From the IMG/VR virus record IMGVR_UViG_3300045440_000165, positions 1 through 64,000 of that record: a DNA stretch of 64,000 nucleotides. One strand, given 5' to 3'. Under the pieces are notes generated by a model that searched no databases, was not told the origin of the DNA, and was given only the letters and a program-made list of their open reading frames with translations. This DNA is from a virus. Below, one piece after another: positions 1-8,149 of this stretch. How positions within the stretch are numbered: the first letter of the stretch is position 1; each line of letters opens with the position of its first letter. Position numbers and translations under genes: made by a program.

Positions 1-226
1 CACCATCGATTGATGGGGCAACCTGCCCTTTATTATTCATTACTAGATACACCACTGGCATTGGCCTAGTCGCGGCCTCAATCGGTTGCCACGTTGTCGC
101 ATCCTTCTTCCCTTGCTCGTATGCTTCTGTAACTGCGGTTAAATAATCGCCATTTGCTACAAAACCACCTCGATCATTTGCTTGCACCAAACCTGTCCAT
201 TGTTGCGGAATCGTTAGCTTTGTCAT
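1..226 (-). CDS. hypothetical phage protein, runs off the window edge
   Basis: ATG at 226 abuts the upstream gene's stop at 227; open frame MTKLTIPQQW...TWQPIEAATRP to the edge; WQPIE motif is common in small phage proteins. Confidence 0.6.
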   Translation of the reverse strand, partial: MTKLTIPQQWTGLVQANDRGGFVANGDYLTAVTEAYEQGKKDATTWQPIEAATRPMPVVYLVMNNKGQVAPSIDG

Positions 227-1453
227 TTATAACCCCATAAAATCAAACGTACCAAACTCTTGATGTAACCCTACTTTAATAATCTCAACAGTATTAGCAT
301 CATACCCTACTTTTGCTACAGCTTCATATACTTTATCAGCATGTTCCCCATCCCATTGCATCGCTACAGATATATACTCAGATAGATCCGTCTTATTCGC
401 TAAAAAATCATGCGCTGAAGCTTCTACAAATTTTGCATCACTTGCTAATTTAATAAATTCGTTATAGATAGTACCTCTAGTTGCGCCATTATCTATCTGG
501 TCTGCCCACCAATGCAATCCACTCTCATCACCTTCACGATTAAACACTGACTTGTAAACAATTTTCATAAATTCATAATTTGATGTGTTTCCATACCAAT
601 GCTGGCCTTCTACAGAGTTAATTAGGGAATCAGAAATTGCAACTTTGTCTCCTCCACTCTCAACTTGCTTAGCCCACCATTGCAAACCACTAATCTCCGC
701 AGGGCGCTTTAAAATGCAAGCATATTGTTGTGCTACTAATTCTTTAGCTGATGTATATTCAAAATCCATCTTATTAAAACCTGTAGCCACTGTAGCTGAA
801 ATTAGATCAATACCATAAGGTTGATTTGCAGGATTAACACCGGGAATCTCCGAGAATGGAATCTTTCCATGACCATTAACACCCCAACCAGTCCATGAAT
901 TGAGCACGTTATAGCTCTGAGTAGACCAATCAACGCCAGTTATTACATATGCATGAGCACCCACCATCGGTGATCCAATACTGTTGCCATTTCCAAATTC
1001 ATTATGTACAAACGCTGTGATCACAACTGGCTTTCCTTGCGACAAATATTCTGTAATCTCTGTAGCAAATCCTGTAGATCCTTGATACATATTTAACCAT
1101 TTATACCCACTAACTTTCTGAGTTGCTGCAAGGTAGTGCACCGATTCGCTTGGCTTGACAAACAGGTTGTGAGAGCCGTAATTAAATGCAGATTCAGGGG
1201 CGATTCCTGTTGTTTTGGCTACGCTCCAAGCAACATCTATATTTGAACCGCCGTCACTTGTGAATTTATTCATCAATATGCGCGTATCATTATAACCTTG
1301 TTGCCGTGATAAATTTTCAACTGGATTGCTCGCAATTTTCGACATCATTTCAAGTACGGAAGGGATGGCATTCCAAACACAAGAATTTTGCCCCCCTTGA
1401 TCATGTGCTTTTGGCATAAGCCAAGATAAATCTACTTTAGTTAGTTTGCTCAT
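227..1453 (-). CDS. papain-like (C1 family) cysteine peptidase fused to a C-terminal DUF4214-like (S-layer-type) domain
   Basis: DQGGQNSCVWNA (Gln/Cys), GAHAYVITG (His), VLNSW (Asn); C-terminal YACILKRPAEISGLQWW and VYKSVFNREGDESGLHWW repeats. Confidence 0.8.
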   Translation of the reverse strand: MSKLTKVDLSWLMPKAHDQGGQNSCVWNAIPSVLEMMSKIASNPVENLSRQQGYNDTRILMNKFTSDGGSNIDVAWSVAKTTGIAPESAFNYGSHNLFVKPSESVHYLAATQKVSGYKWLNMYQGSTGFATEITEYLSQGKPVVITAFVHNEFGNGNSIGSPMVGAHAYVITGVDWSTQSYNVLNSWTGWGVNGHGKIPFSEIPGVNPANQPYGIDLISATVATGFNKMDFEYTSAKELVAQQYACILKRPAEISGLQWWAKQVESGGDKVAISDSLINSVEGQHWYGNTSNYEFMKIVYKSVFNREGDESGLHWWADQIDNGATRGTIYNEFIKLASDAKFVEASAHDFLANKTDLSEYISVAMQWDGEHADKVYEAVAKVGYDANTVEIIKVGLHQEFGTFDFMGL

Positions 1454-1454
1454 G

Positions 1455-1883
1455 TTATTCCTCTTTTAGTTTTCCATAGTAACGATACCAATTAGGCTTC
1501 ATAGCAATCTTCTCAGAAATACGCTGCCGAATGATAGTAAGAGCTTCTTGTGTAGGGTTGTAATCCCCCAGAAACACTGAATTGCTCTCATACACTCCAT
1601 TAGGATCTAACTCAGACCACTCGTTAAAGTTTCTACCACGCTTACGCAACTCTTCTCTGAGATCATTAAACCTCTGGAAAAGATATGCACCTTTATTATA
1701 AAAGAAGCACACATGCCCAGTGTTAAGAGTGAATACTTTTGGTATTCTTGAAGATACTCCTACTACTCCATAAGCTGTAATCGATCTTGCTAAAGCTTTA
1801 GGCACCATTTTAATCTCACGAAACTCTGCGAATAAGTGTTGATCCATAAGCTCAGATGGTGGTACTAGGTTTATTCTGGTCAT
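1455..1883 (-). CDS. denV: pyrimidine-dimer DNA glycosylase / endonuclease V
   Basis: MTRINLVPPSELMDQHLFAEFREI, FTLNTGHVCFFYNKG and KPNWYRYYG closely follow T4 DenV. Confidence 0.95.
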   Translation of the reverse strand: MTRINLVPPSELMDQHLFAEFREIKMVPKALARSITAYGVVGVSSRIPKVFTLNTGHVCFFYNKGAYLFQRFNDLREELRKRGRNFNEWSELDPNGVYESNSVFLGDYNPTQEALTIIRQRISEKIAMKPNWYRYYGKLKEE

Positions 1884-1946
1884 AGTGTTTAGCTCCCTTT
1901 GATGTAATATTCGCTGCTATGCTAGTATTCTAAAACATTTCTGAGC

Positions 1947-2408
1947 TTAATACAACCATAAAGTAGCGTCTGAATCAGAAAATATCTCAATAAAATTCTC
2001 TAGCAATACATCCCTATCCCCGTTAGCTAGTCCACCACCAATTAACGGGAGATGAATATGCATATCTGGGGCTTTATATTTTTGATACCCTGCTAGATCC
2101 TTCATAGTCCCAAAAACGCTTGGGTAGTCTACGTATGTAACAGTAGGATCTCTTCCGTAGCCCAACTGAGTAATACAATTAGCAATTAGAATATTATTAT
2201 TCTCGTAATAGTAACTAACAATTTCACCTAAGTAAAGTCTTAGAAATCTATGCCGAGCCTTATAATACTCATATGCTTCTGGAAATAGCTCTTTTAGCTG
2301 CTTTGCAAACCCGCTTCCCATAACACCTTTAGCATTACAGCCATGAGCGATAATACAATCACTAGTGGCATGTGCAAATAAATCACCGCGTTTAATTTTC
2401 AAAGACAT
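1947..2408 (-). CDS. macrodomain protein (ADP-ribose hydrolase-like)
   Basis: GDLF, IIAHGCNAKGVMGSGFAK and LPLIGGGLANG macrodomain motifs. Confidence 0.88.
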   Translation of the reverse strand: MSLKIKRGDLFAHATSDCIIAHGCNAKGVMGSGFAKQLKELFPEAYEYYKARHRFLRLYLGEIVSYYYENNNILIANCITQLGYGRDPTVTYVDYPSVFGTMKDLAGYQKYKAPDMHIHLPLIGGGLANGDRDVLLENFIEIFSDSDATLWLY

Positions 2409-2477
2409 AACATTCTTTCTTTATTTTCATGTTGTTACTAAGTATATGAGCCTATAACATGTCGCTAAAAATGAAAA

Positions 2478-2873
2478 TTAACGACATGTGCAATTACTAC
2501 AAACTTCCTTTAGAATAGTTTTAGTACAAACATCATACCTTAATCCAGCATCTTTAACCCATTCTGCCATCCGTTCATTCTCGGCTAATAGCTTTTTATT
2601 CTCTCTTTCAAGTCTTTTTTCTGTGCTACTTTTTTTAAGGCTACTTTTGGTTTTTATTGTTGGCTTTTTCCAAGACTCCATTAATGCCTTAGCTTTGATT
2701 TCGCCATACTCCCACACTAGCCAATCTTTCCTAGCTGCATGATGTGATGAGCATCCTAATACAGGACTAGAAGGATCGTATTCGAGATACCACCCTACAT
2801 GCCCTACAATATCTCCCTGTCGCTCTTCGTAAGTTACAACTCCATGCTCTTTTGCAAATTTCTTTAGGTTCAT
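2478..2873 (-). CDS. hypothetical protein
   Basis: 131-aa ORF with AAGGAGAG RBS, co-oriented with neighbours. Confidence 0.7.
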   Translation of the reverse strand: MNLKKFAKEHGVVTYEERQGDIVGHVGWYLEYDPSSPVLGCSSHHAARKDWLVWEYGEIKAKALMESWKKPTIKTKSSLKKSSTEKRLERENKKLLAENERMAEWVKDAGLRYDVCTKTILKEVCSNCTCR

Positions 2874-2890
2874 CGAATTCTCTCCTTATT

Positions 2891-2979
2891 CATTTAAAGC
2901 TCCTATAAGCTGTTTTATTAGTGCTAGGCTACGCTGGTATTACTTTTCAATTTAAAACGCTTGTAGCCCTGTTATAATG
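2891..2979. repeat. ~90-bp intergenic element with imperfect inverted arms, copy A
   Basis: arms CATTTAAAGCTCCTATAAGCTGTTTTA and TAAAACGCTTGTAGCCCTGTTATAATG; resembles 4669-4756 and 6662-6747. Confidence 0.5.
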
Positions 2980-3000
2980 GCTTTGACGAGCCTTTTAAGT

Positions 3001-3273
3001 TTAATCGGTATTCCAAGGAAGGCCATTAGGTGGGAGATCCTTCGTATGCATCTCCTTCGGAAGTATTTCCTTCGCCTTAGAACGAACAACCTCTGTGTAT
3101 GCTACAAGTTTAAACTCCGCTGTAGACCTCTTACATTCCGTGCATTGCGTATATCGAGAATCCCCACACCTATACATGTCCTCAACATCTCCCTCTGTAG
3201 CTACAAACTCTGCCTCGCATGTAGGGCATTTACCCTTCCAACGCAGCTTCTTACCTTTCTTAACGCATTCCAT
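3001..3273 (-). CDS. small zinc-ribbon protein
   Basis: CPTC and CTEC pairs; AAGGAGGGG RBS. Confidence 0.7.
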   Translation of the reverse strand: MECVKKGKKLRWKGKCPTCEAEFVATEGDVEDMYRCGDSRYTQCTECKRSTAEFKLVAYTEVVRSKAKEILPKEMHTKDLPPNGLPWNTD

Positions 3274-3360
3274 ATCCCCTCCTTGTGTCTAATAATGATA
3301 CGTAGCATAGCAAAGAAATCCTAATAATGCTACTACATTCTAAAATATATTTTTCATTTG

Positions 3361-3389
3361 TTGACAAACTTAACATTCTATGTAATAAT
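3361..3389 (+). promoter_or_regulatory. sigma70-type promoter firing into a non-coding structured region
   Basis: TTGACA (3361-66), 17 bp, TGn-AATAAT (3384-89). Confidence 0.65.
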
Positions 3390-3395
3390 CGCGTT

Positions 3396-3620
3396 TGTGT
3401 AGAAATACATGGGGCCGACGGGTGGCGAGCTGGATCATTCGACCGAAAGTGCTAGAAGAATAAAAATAACTATTCTTTGTGCTTGAGACGAGATATTCTG
3501 CTGCTTCTTCATAAGTTCTCTACCTCCAGACAGGCGTATAGACTAACCGTTTATGCAAAGCCGTGGGGGTAGGGGGCCTATGGAGAAGCGGCAGAATATT
3601 CTCTCTCAAGTGCTAGTATT
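3396..3620 (+). ncRNA. putative structured non-coding RNA of about 220 nt
   Basis: long imperfect inverted repeat 3481-3528 / 3564-3611 whose mismatches are mostly U-G on the + strand; TGTA-GAAA-TACA hairpin at the 5' end; no ORF. Confidence 0.55.
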
Positions 3621-3930
3621 ATATATACAAGTAATAATATATAATAAATATATATTAATAAGTAATAATGTAAGTATCTACTTTAATATCTACTGAAGTA
3701 TTTATTTATGTATCTCCTACAATATCTACTTAAGTATAGTTTAAGTATAATCTTAAGTATCATCTTAAATTACTACATTTATCTATTTATCTAAGAAGAA
3801 TAAAGAACTTAAGTATTATCTTAAGTATATAACTTTAGTTTCTCTACGCTGCATTGTCTGTAGCTTATAACATACATTACAACAATAACTTAATCAATGT
3901 TATTATTATAAACATGTGTTATACATCATC
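3620..3930. repeat. very AT-rich tract with phased TTAAGTAT repeats (candidate replication origin)
   Basis: TTAAGTAT at 3730, 3741, 3753, 3809 and 3821 (11-12 bp spacing within clusters) plus TATCTAC variants. Confidence 0.55.
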
Positions 3931-3934
3931 CTTC

Positions 3935-4309
3935 TTATTCAATTAATTTATAAATATCATCAATAATTGATTGTCTATAATTCCAATACTCTTCCTTCAC
4001 ATCCTCATCATACCTCTGCGCTGTAACCATTTTATACCACTCCCATACGTTGCAAAGCTTCTCTGCTGTACAATATCCAAGTTCAGTGTTTCCATGTATT
4101 TTCTTTACTTTAGTCCGATGTTTAACAATCCTGAGTGTTGCAATAGCTCCCTTTAAAACATCATCATCGTCGTAGAATACATATTCAACTTTTACATGAT
4201 GTCCACGGATGTTAGCTAGTACAACACCAATCATCCCCCTACACAATTTCCCATCTTGAAATAAAATTACTCTATCTCCGCGTTTCATTACACTTCTCCT
4301 GTAGCACAA
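3935..4309 (-). CDS. hypothetical protein
   Basis: ORF track; probable start at the internal MKRGD after AGGAG. Confidence 0.65.
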   Translation of the reverse strand: MCYRRSVMKRGDRVILFQDGKLCRGMIGVVLANIRGHHVKVEYVFYDDDDVLKGAIATLRIVKHRTKVKKIHGNTELGYCTAEKLCNVWEWYKMVTAQRYDEDVKEEYWNYRQSIIDDIYKLIE

Positions 4310-4470
4310 TAAATATCAAACATTTCCCACCATAGGCCATTATTATCTTCGTCAAAGCTTAATGGATAGCCTTCAGGGTTGCTAAGATGCTTTTCATAAT
4401 AAGCAGTTTTGAATCCCTCTATATCAACCTCAACTTCACAAACAAAATCAAATAAGCTAAGCATATTCAT
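4288..4470 (-). CDS. small acidic hypothetical protein
   Basis: ORF track, co-oriented and overlapping the next gene. Confidence 0.6.
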   Translation of the reverse strand: MNMLSLFDFVCEVEVDIEGFKTAYYEKHLSNPEGYPLSFDEDNNGLWWEMFDIYCATGEV

Positions 4471-4531
4471 CCTTAAATATCAAATTTTAAAATATTAAAT
4501 TTCAGAATTAGGATTTCAAAAGTATAGGTTT

Positions 4532-4660
4532 TCAAATTCCTATGTTTTCATCTGAGGTCAACAAACCCTTCGCAATAGCATATGCGGTTATTAGCGGCAA
4601 TCGCTTTCTAAGTCGCCAGTTTGCACATACGTACATTGCTGCATAATCTCGCTTTCTCAT
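4532..4660 (-). CDS. 42-aa hypothetical protein (below track cutoff)
   Basis: AAGGAG RBS; MRKRDYAAMYVCANW...ENIGI*. Confidence 0.55.
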   Translation of the reverse strand: MRKRDYAAMYVCANWRLRKRLPLITAYAIAKGLLTSDENIGI

Positions 4661-4668
4661 GTCACTCC

Positions 4669-4756
4669 TTGTTATAGCCCCTTAGAGCCATTATTTACTA
4701 TCTAAGCCACATCCCTATTAAATTATAATTTAAAGAGCTTGTAGGGGGTTTAAAAT
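4669..4756. repeat. ~90-bp intergenic element, copy B
   Basis: GTTATAGCCCCTTAGAGCCATT ... TAAAGAGCTTGTAGGGGGTTTAAAAT. Confidence 0.45.
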
Positions 4757-4785
4757 CACTCTACTAAGGTTTTTAAGCAAGATTT

Positions 4786-5310
4786 CTAATCTGTGTATAA
4801 CCAATATGATAGAAAATTAACTACGAAATCCACAGATACACATATTTCCCCTTTATTTTGTAAATCATTCCTATCTTCAATAAACATTTCTTTTGTTGGA
4901 TTTTTTAAAATTAAAGTAGACATATCTGAAATTATTTTTGGTAACGGTTTATTTGTCTTTACTTGAAAAACTTGTACACCACCTTTCAGTATAAACATTA
5001 AGTGGTATGTATCCTGCGGCGTATCCTGCGGCGTATCCTGCGGCGTATCCTGCGGCGTATCCTGCGGCGTATCCTCCAGAATATCCTCTTGATATTCCAC
5101 TTCTTTAATCATAGCTTTAAATGCAGCTATCGTACTTCTTACGCCATGCATGAAAATATCTCTTGCTGTGCTTCCATTTCCCCCTCCATACTCCACTGCT
5201 GAACAACATTGTATCTCAGCTTCTTTTAAATATTCTTTATTATCTTCGATAGTTATGTTATCTAAAGCGGATATTAGCGCATCGTAGCTTGTGTATTTTC
5301 CAGTATTCAT
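4786..5310 (-). CDS. hypothetical protein with (DTPQ)5 linker
   Basis: ORF track; AAAGGAG RBS. Confidence 0.75.
   Translation of the reverse strand: MNTGKYTSYDALISALDNITIEDNKEYLKEAEIQCCSAVEYGGGNGSTARDIFMHGVRSTIAAFKAMIKEVEYQEDILEDTPQDTPQDTPQDTPQDTPQDTYHLMFILKGGVQVFQVKTNKPLPKIISDMSTLILKNPTKEMFIEDRNDLQNKGEICVSVDFVVNFLSYWLYTD
5009..5075. repeat. perfect 12-bp tandem repeat GTATCCTGCGGC, five full copies plus a partial
   Basis: units start at 5009, 5021, 5033, 5045 and 5057. Confidence 0.95.
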
Positions 5311-5311
5311 A

Positions 5312-5734
5312 TTATTCTCCTTTAATTATCAATTTACCTTCTAGACCATGCTTAGTAATATACTCTTGTAAATATTTATTGTGCTCTTCTATGCTAGTGT
5401 GTTGAGAATTAGCTAATTCCGCTTCCTCCAATTCCAACCTTTCCTGCAGGATAATTTCGTCAAAAGTGCTCTTACGGTGATAGAAAGCTTCAACAGAGAA
5501 TAGCAAGTCATCACTATAATCAAAATCTGTCTCTACATTAAATTGTGCTCCACTTCTGCATTCTTCAGGAATAGCTTCCAGCATATCTTTTAATGTAATA
5601 ACAAATTCTTCAAAGTAATGAGCATCGCAAGGGCCAGAAGCTATTACTACTTTCGTTGTATATGGGTGGCTATATGTTTTCATTCGAATTCTCCTATATC
5701 CAGATTCCCTATATTTACTTGTGCTAAGTAGCAA
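5312..5734 (-). CDS. hypothetical protein
   Basis: ORF track; probable start MKTYSH at 5683. Confidence 0.7.
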   Translation of the reverse strand: MLLSTSKYRESGYRRIRMKTYSHPYTTKVVIASGPCDAHYFEEFVITLKDMLEAIPEECRSGAQFNVETDFDYSDDLLFSVEAFYHRKSTFDEIILQERLELEEAELANSQHTSIEEHNKYLQEYITKHGLEGKLIIKGE

Positions 5735-5916
5735 ACACTAGAGATAACAACACTTTGCCCACGTCTATATGCTGGTGACATAACCATCACTGCGCTATCT
5801 CTATTCTCTTCGGGAATTGACTCCAAAGCAGCTTGCAGTTTTGCAATATAATGCTCTAAATTAAGAGCAAGAAATGTATCCTCTTCCCGAAACACTGTCT
5901 TCCTTCTCTTTGTCAT
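5680..5916 (-). CDS. hypothetical protein
   Basis: ORF track with ATGA overlaps; LESIPEENR resembles LEAIPEECR in the downstream gene. Confidence 0.7.
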   Translation of the reverse strand: MTKRRKTVFREEDTFLALNLEHYIAKLQAALESIPEENRDSAVMVMSPAYRRGQSVVISSVCYLAQVNIGNLDIGEFE

Positions 5917-6158
5917 TTTATTTCCTTAAGTTTTTTATAAATATAAGTTCTAGACACTTTGCAAAGAGTGGCAGCTTGTGAGATTGTTAGCCCTGCCTGC
6001 TTGTGCAGATATGTTGCTAGCATTATAGGATCTATAATTAAGTTTAGGTTAATATTAAAAGCTGCTGCAAGTTCCTCTATGTTGCTATGCTGTAAGTCAT
6101 TACCGCTTTTAACATTACAACGTATCATAGCGGACTCTAAGTTTGTTGGTGATGTCAT
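5913..6158 (-). CDS. helix-turn-helix DNA-binding protein (candidate early repressor)
   Basis: C-terminal GLTISQAATLCKVSRTYIYKKL HTH pattern. Confidence 0.75.
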   Translation of the reverse strand: MTSPTNLESAMIRCNVKSGNDLQHSNIEELAAAFNINLNLIIDPIMLATYLHKQAGLTISQAATLCKVSRTYIYKKLKEIK

Positions 6159-6337
6159 ACCTTTCCTTTCATAAGCTCTAATTCAAGTTTTATTGCATTA
6201 CGTAATTCTGTAATCTCATTGATAGCTTGCATGTGACTATTAAATCGCAATTGTGCAACATTATCAAAGTAAGTTAAATCCCTATCCAGCAAATTGTTCA
6301 TTTTATTAATTAATGTTTCTTGGCGTTTATTGAGCAT
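6155..6337 (-). CDS. hypothetical protein
   Basis: first ORF after the leftward operator-promoter; GGGAG RBS. Confidence 0.65.
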   Translation of the reverse strand: MLNKRQETLINKMNNLLDRDLTYFDNVAQLRFNSHMQAINEITELRNAIKLELELMKGKV

Positions 6338-6367
6338 TTTATTCTCCCGTTGTTTGTTAGTGTTAAT

Positions 6368-6396
6368 ATTCTACGTCTAATTTTTGTACATTGCAA
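6368..6396 (-). promoter_or_regulatory. early-class promoter with operator-like spacer (leftward)
   Basis: TTGCAA-TGTACAAAAATTAGACG-TAGAAT on the minus strand. Confidence 0.8.
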
Positions 6397-6661
6397 GTAA
6401 ATGATAAAAATAAATCTGTTATTTTAAAACATGCCCACTATGATTTCAAATCTGAAAATGGCTAGAAAGTCTCCCATTTTTTTACCTTCCTTCTTAAGGG
6501 ATTTTTCCCCATTCCTAACAAAAAGATAACAATTGCTTAAATCATAATATGTCAAAAAGATAATATTAGCTATTCTGCAATATTTATTTATTGCAATAAT
6601 AAAGAAATAACAACAAATTATATTACTTACATTGTGTTTATATAAATATCCTCTGATAAGC

Positions 6662-6747
6662 TATTAAACGAGTTATAAGCCATTTTATTAATTCGCCTAG
6701 GTTTGGTATTAACTTCTGAAAATAATCGATTCTAGAGTGGTTTAAAG
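6662..6747. repeat. ~90-bp intergenic element, copy C (most diverged)
   Basis: TTATAAGCCATTTTATTA...TGGTATTA...TTCTAGAGTGGTTTAAAG. Confidence 0.4.
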
Positions 6748-6804
6748 CGCTTGCTTGCCTCGCATTCAGTGTTAAAATTCAGCTAATTTAAACTCTAAAG
6801 ACGC

Positions 6805-6885
6805 AAAAAAGCACTCACGGCAAGAAATTGTGCCTATGAGTGCTAATATATTAATGCTCGAATTGTGGAGGCATTTTGCGCCTCA
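6805..6885 (-). ncRNA. putative small RNA of about 80 nt
   Basis: TTGCAA-16-TAAAAT promoter (6919-6892); 5' hairpin GAGGCGCAAAATGCCTC; terminator AGCACTCA...TGAGTGC-TTTTTT. Confidence 0.55.
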
Positions 6886-7048
6886 GTTAGAATTTTACAT
6901 GATTTTTTAGACTTTGCAAAGAATTTTTGAGGAATGTCAAATTTAAATTTTTATTGTGGCGTAAGCTTACTAGTGTTGTTAAACACAATTACTGTTGTAG
7001 CACGAATTTATTAATTTATTCACTCACCCACTTAAAGGAATTTTTATC

Positions 7049-7402
7049 ATGTCGCAAATTTTGTGCAGATTAGACAGTCAATTATCCCCAGTGGTTTTTA
7101 TATCTGACAGCATTGACGATAATAAAATATTAGCTTGGAAGAATGGTAATAAAAGTGCTGAAATTGTTAGTCTTGATTATTATAAAACTACTCTACCCTT
7201 AACTATTGCAGATAGTAAATTACTCGCTAAAAAATACAGCGAAGCCACGGGCGATAATGATATAGAGATTCGTCAACGATTGCCAAGACTTTACAAACAG
7301 AAAGATATATTGCAAGATAAAGAACTTAAAAAAGATATTGACCAACAGAAGATTGATGAGCTTGCGCATAAAATCGCTAAGATTATAGCGGAATACCTTT
7401 AG
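7049..7402 (+). CDS. early-region hypothetical protein
   Basis: ORF track; AAAGGA RBS. Confidence 0.75.
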   Translation: MSQILCRLDSQLSPVVFISDSIDDNKILAWKNGNKSAEIVSLDYYKTTLPLTIADSKLLAKKYSEATGDNDIEIRQRLPRLYKQKDILQDKELKKDIDQQKIDELAHKIAKIIAEYL

Positions 7403-7533
7403 TAAGTATCCCCAGTAAAACAGCTTTAAAATTCTTTTTAAATTTATTTTCAAAATTCGCTTGCGTATCTAAACTACTTTTGATATATTGAGGGTCTGGA
7501 CGGGGCAAGCGAAAGAAGTAAATAATTTTTTAC

Positions 7534-7562
7534 TTGCAATGTCTAATAATTAGACATATAAT
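7534..7562 (+). promoter_or_regulatory. early-class promoter with perfect palindromic spacer
   Basis: TTGCAA-TGTCTAATAATTAGACA-TATAAT. Confidence 0.9.
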
Positions 7563-7594
7563 TAGCTAGGCTTACAAATAAGGGAGTGTTAATC

Positions 7595-8149
7595 ATGCTT
7601 GACAGCATAACAATTGAGAAATGCGGATATTCTTTTGATGTGATTATGGAACAAGATTGTCATATGTCGCCCCCTTGGTTAGATTTTGATGGTCATGGCG
7701 TTATTGTTGACAAAGGTTTGTTTAATCATAAAAAACCAAGCGAATTAAAACTAGGGAGTTATCATTTTTATGATTTTAGATTATCAATGCAAAAAGCGTT
7801 AACTGAATCGTGGAGCATTCCTGAGGATTTAAAGTTACAGCTTGAATTTAAAAAAGGAGCTAATCTTACAAAACGAGAAATTGCGCACCATGCTGTAATG
7901 CAGGATTATAAATATCTATCAGATTGGTGTGATGATAGATGGACATTTGCTGGAATTAGAGTCAAATGCGGGGAAAATGAAAAAAGTTTATGGGGAGTGG
8001 AATATAAATATTTTGTTGATATTGAACAACAGAGTTATTTAATGTCTACAATTCATGATGTAATTGATGAACTTGTGTATACAGTGACTAAGGAGCAACA
8101 GGAAGTTGAATTTTGGAATATGCGCGATGTTGTAACATGCGTTTTATGA
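7595..8149 (+). CDS. early-region hypothetical protein
   Basis: track ORF 7586..8149; ATG at 7595 follows AAGGGAG. Confidence 0.8.
   Translation: MLDSITIEKCGYSFDVIMEQDCHMSPPWLDFDGHGVIVDKGLFNHKKPSELKLGSYHFYDFRLSMQKALTESWSIPEDLKLQLEFKKGANLTKREIAHHAVMQDYKYLSDWCDDRWTFAGIRVKCGENEKSLWGVEYKYFVDIEQQSYLMSTIHDVIDELVYTVTKEQQEVEFWNMRDVVTCVL

Noticed and set aside
3411-3445. GGGGCCGA...GGATCATTCGAC resembles a tmRNA 5' end
   Set aside because: No downstream T-arm/acceptor-CCA 3' end or tag reading frame is visible, and the spacing is wrong; kept only as an unknown structured RNA
4571-4586. CGCAATAGCATATGC similar to part of the 34.48-kb hairpin
   Set aside because: Short match lying inside a small coding ORF; probably chance
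5002-5202. + strand ORF with (RRIL)n repeats
   Set aside because: Antisense shadow of the 12-bp repeat inside ORF 4786-5310; no RBS
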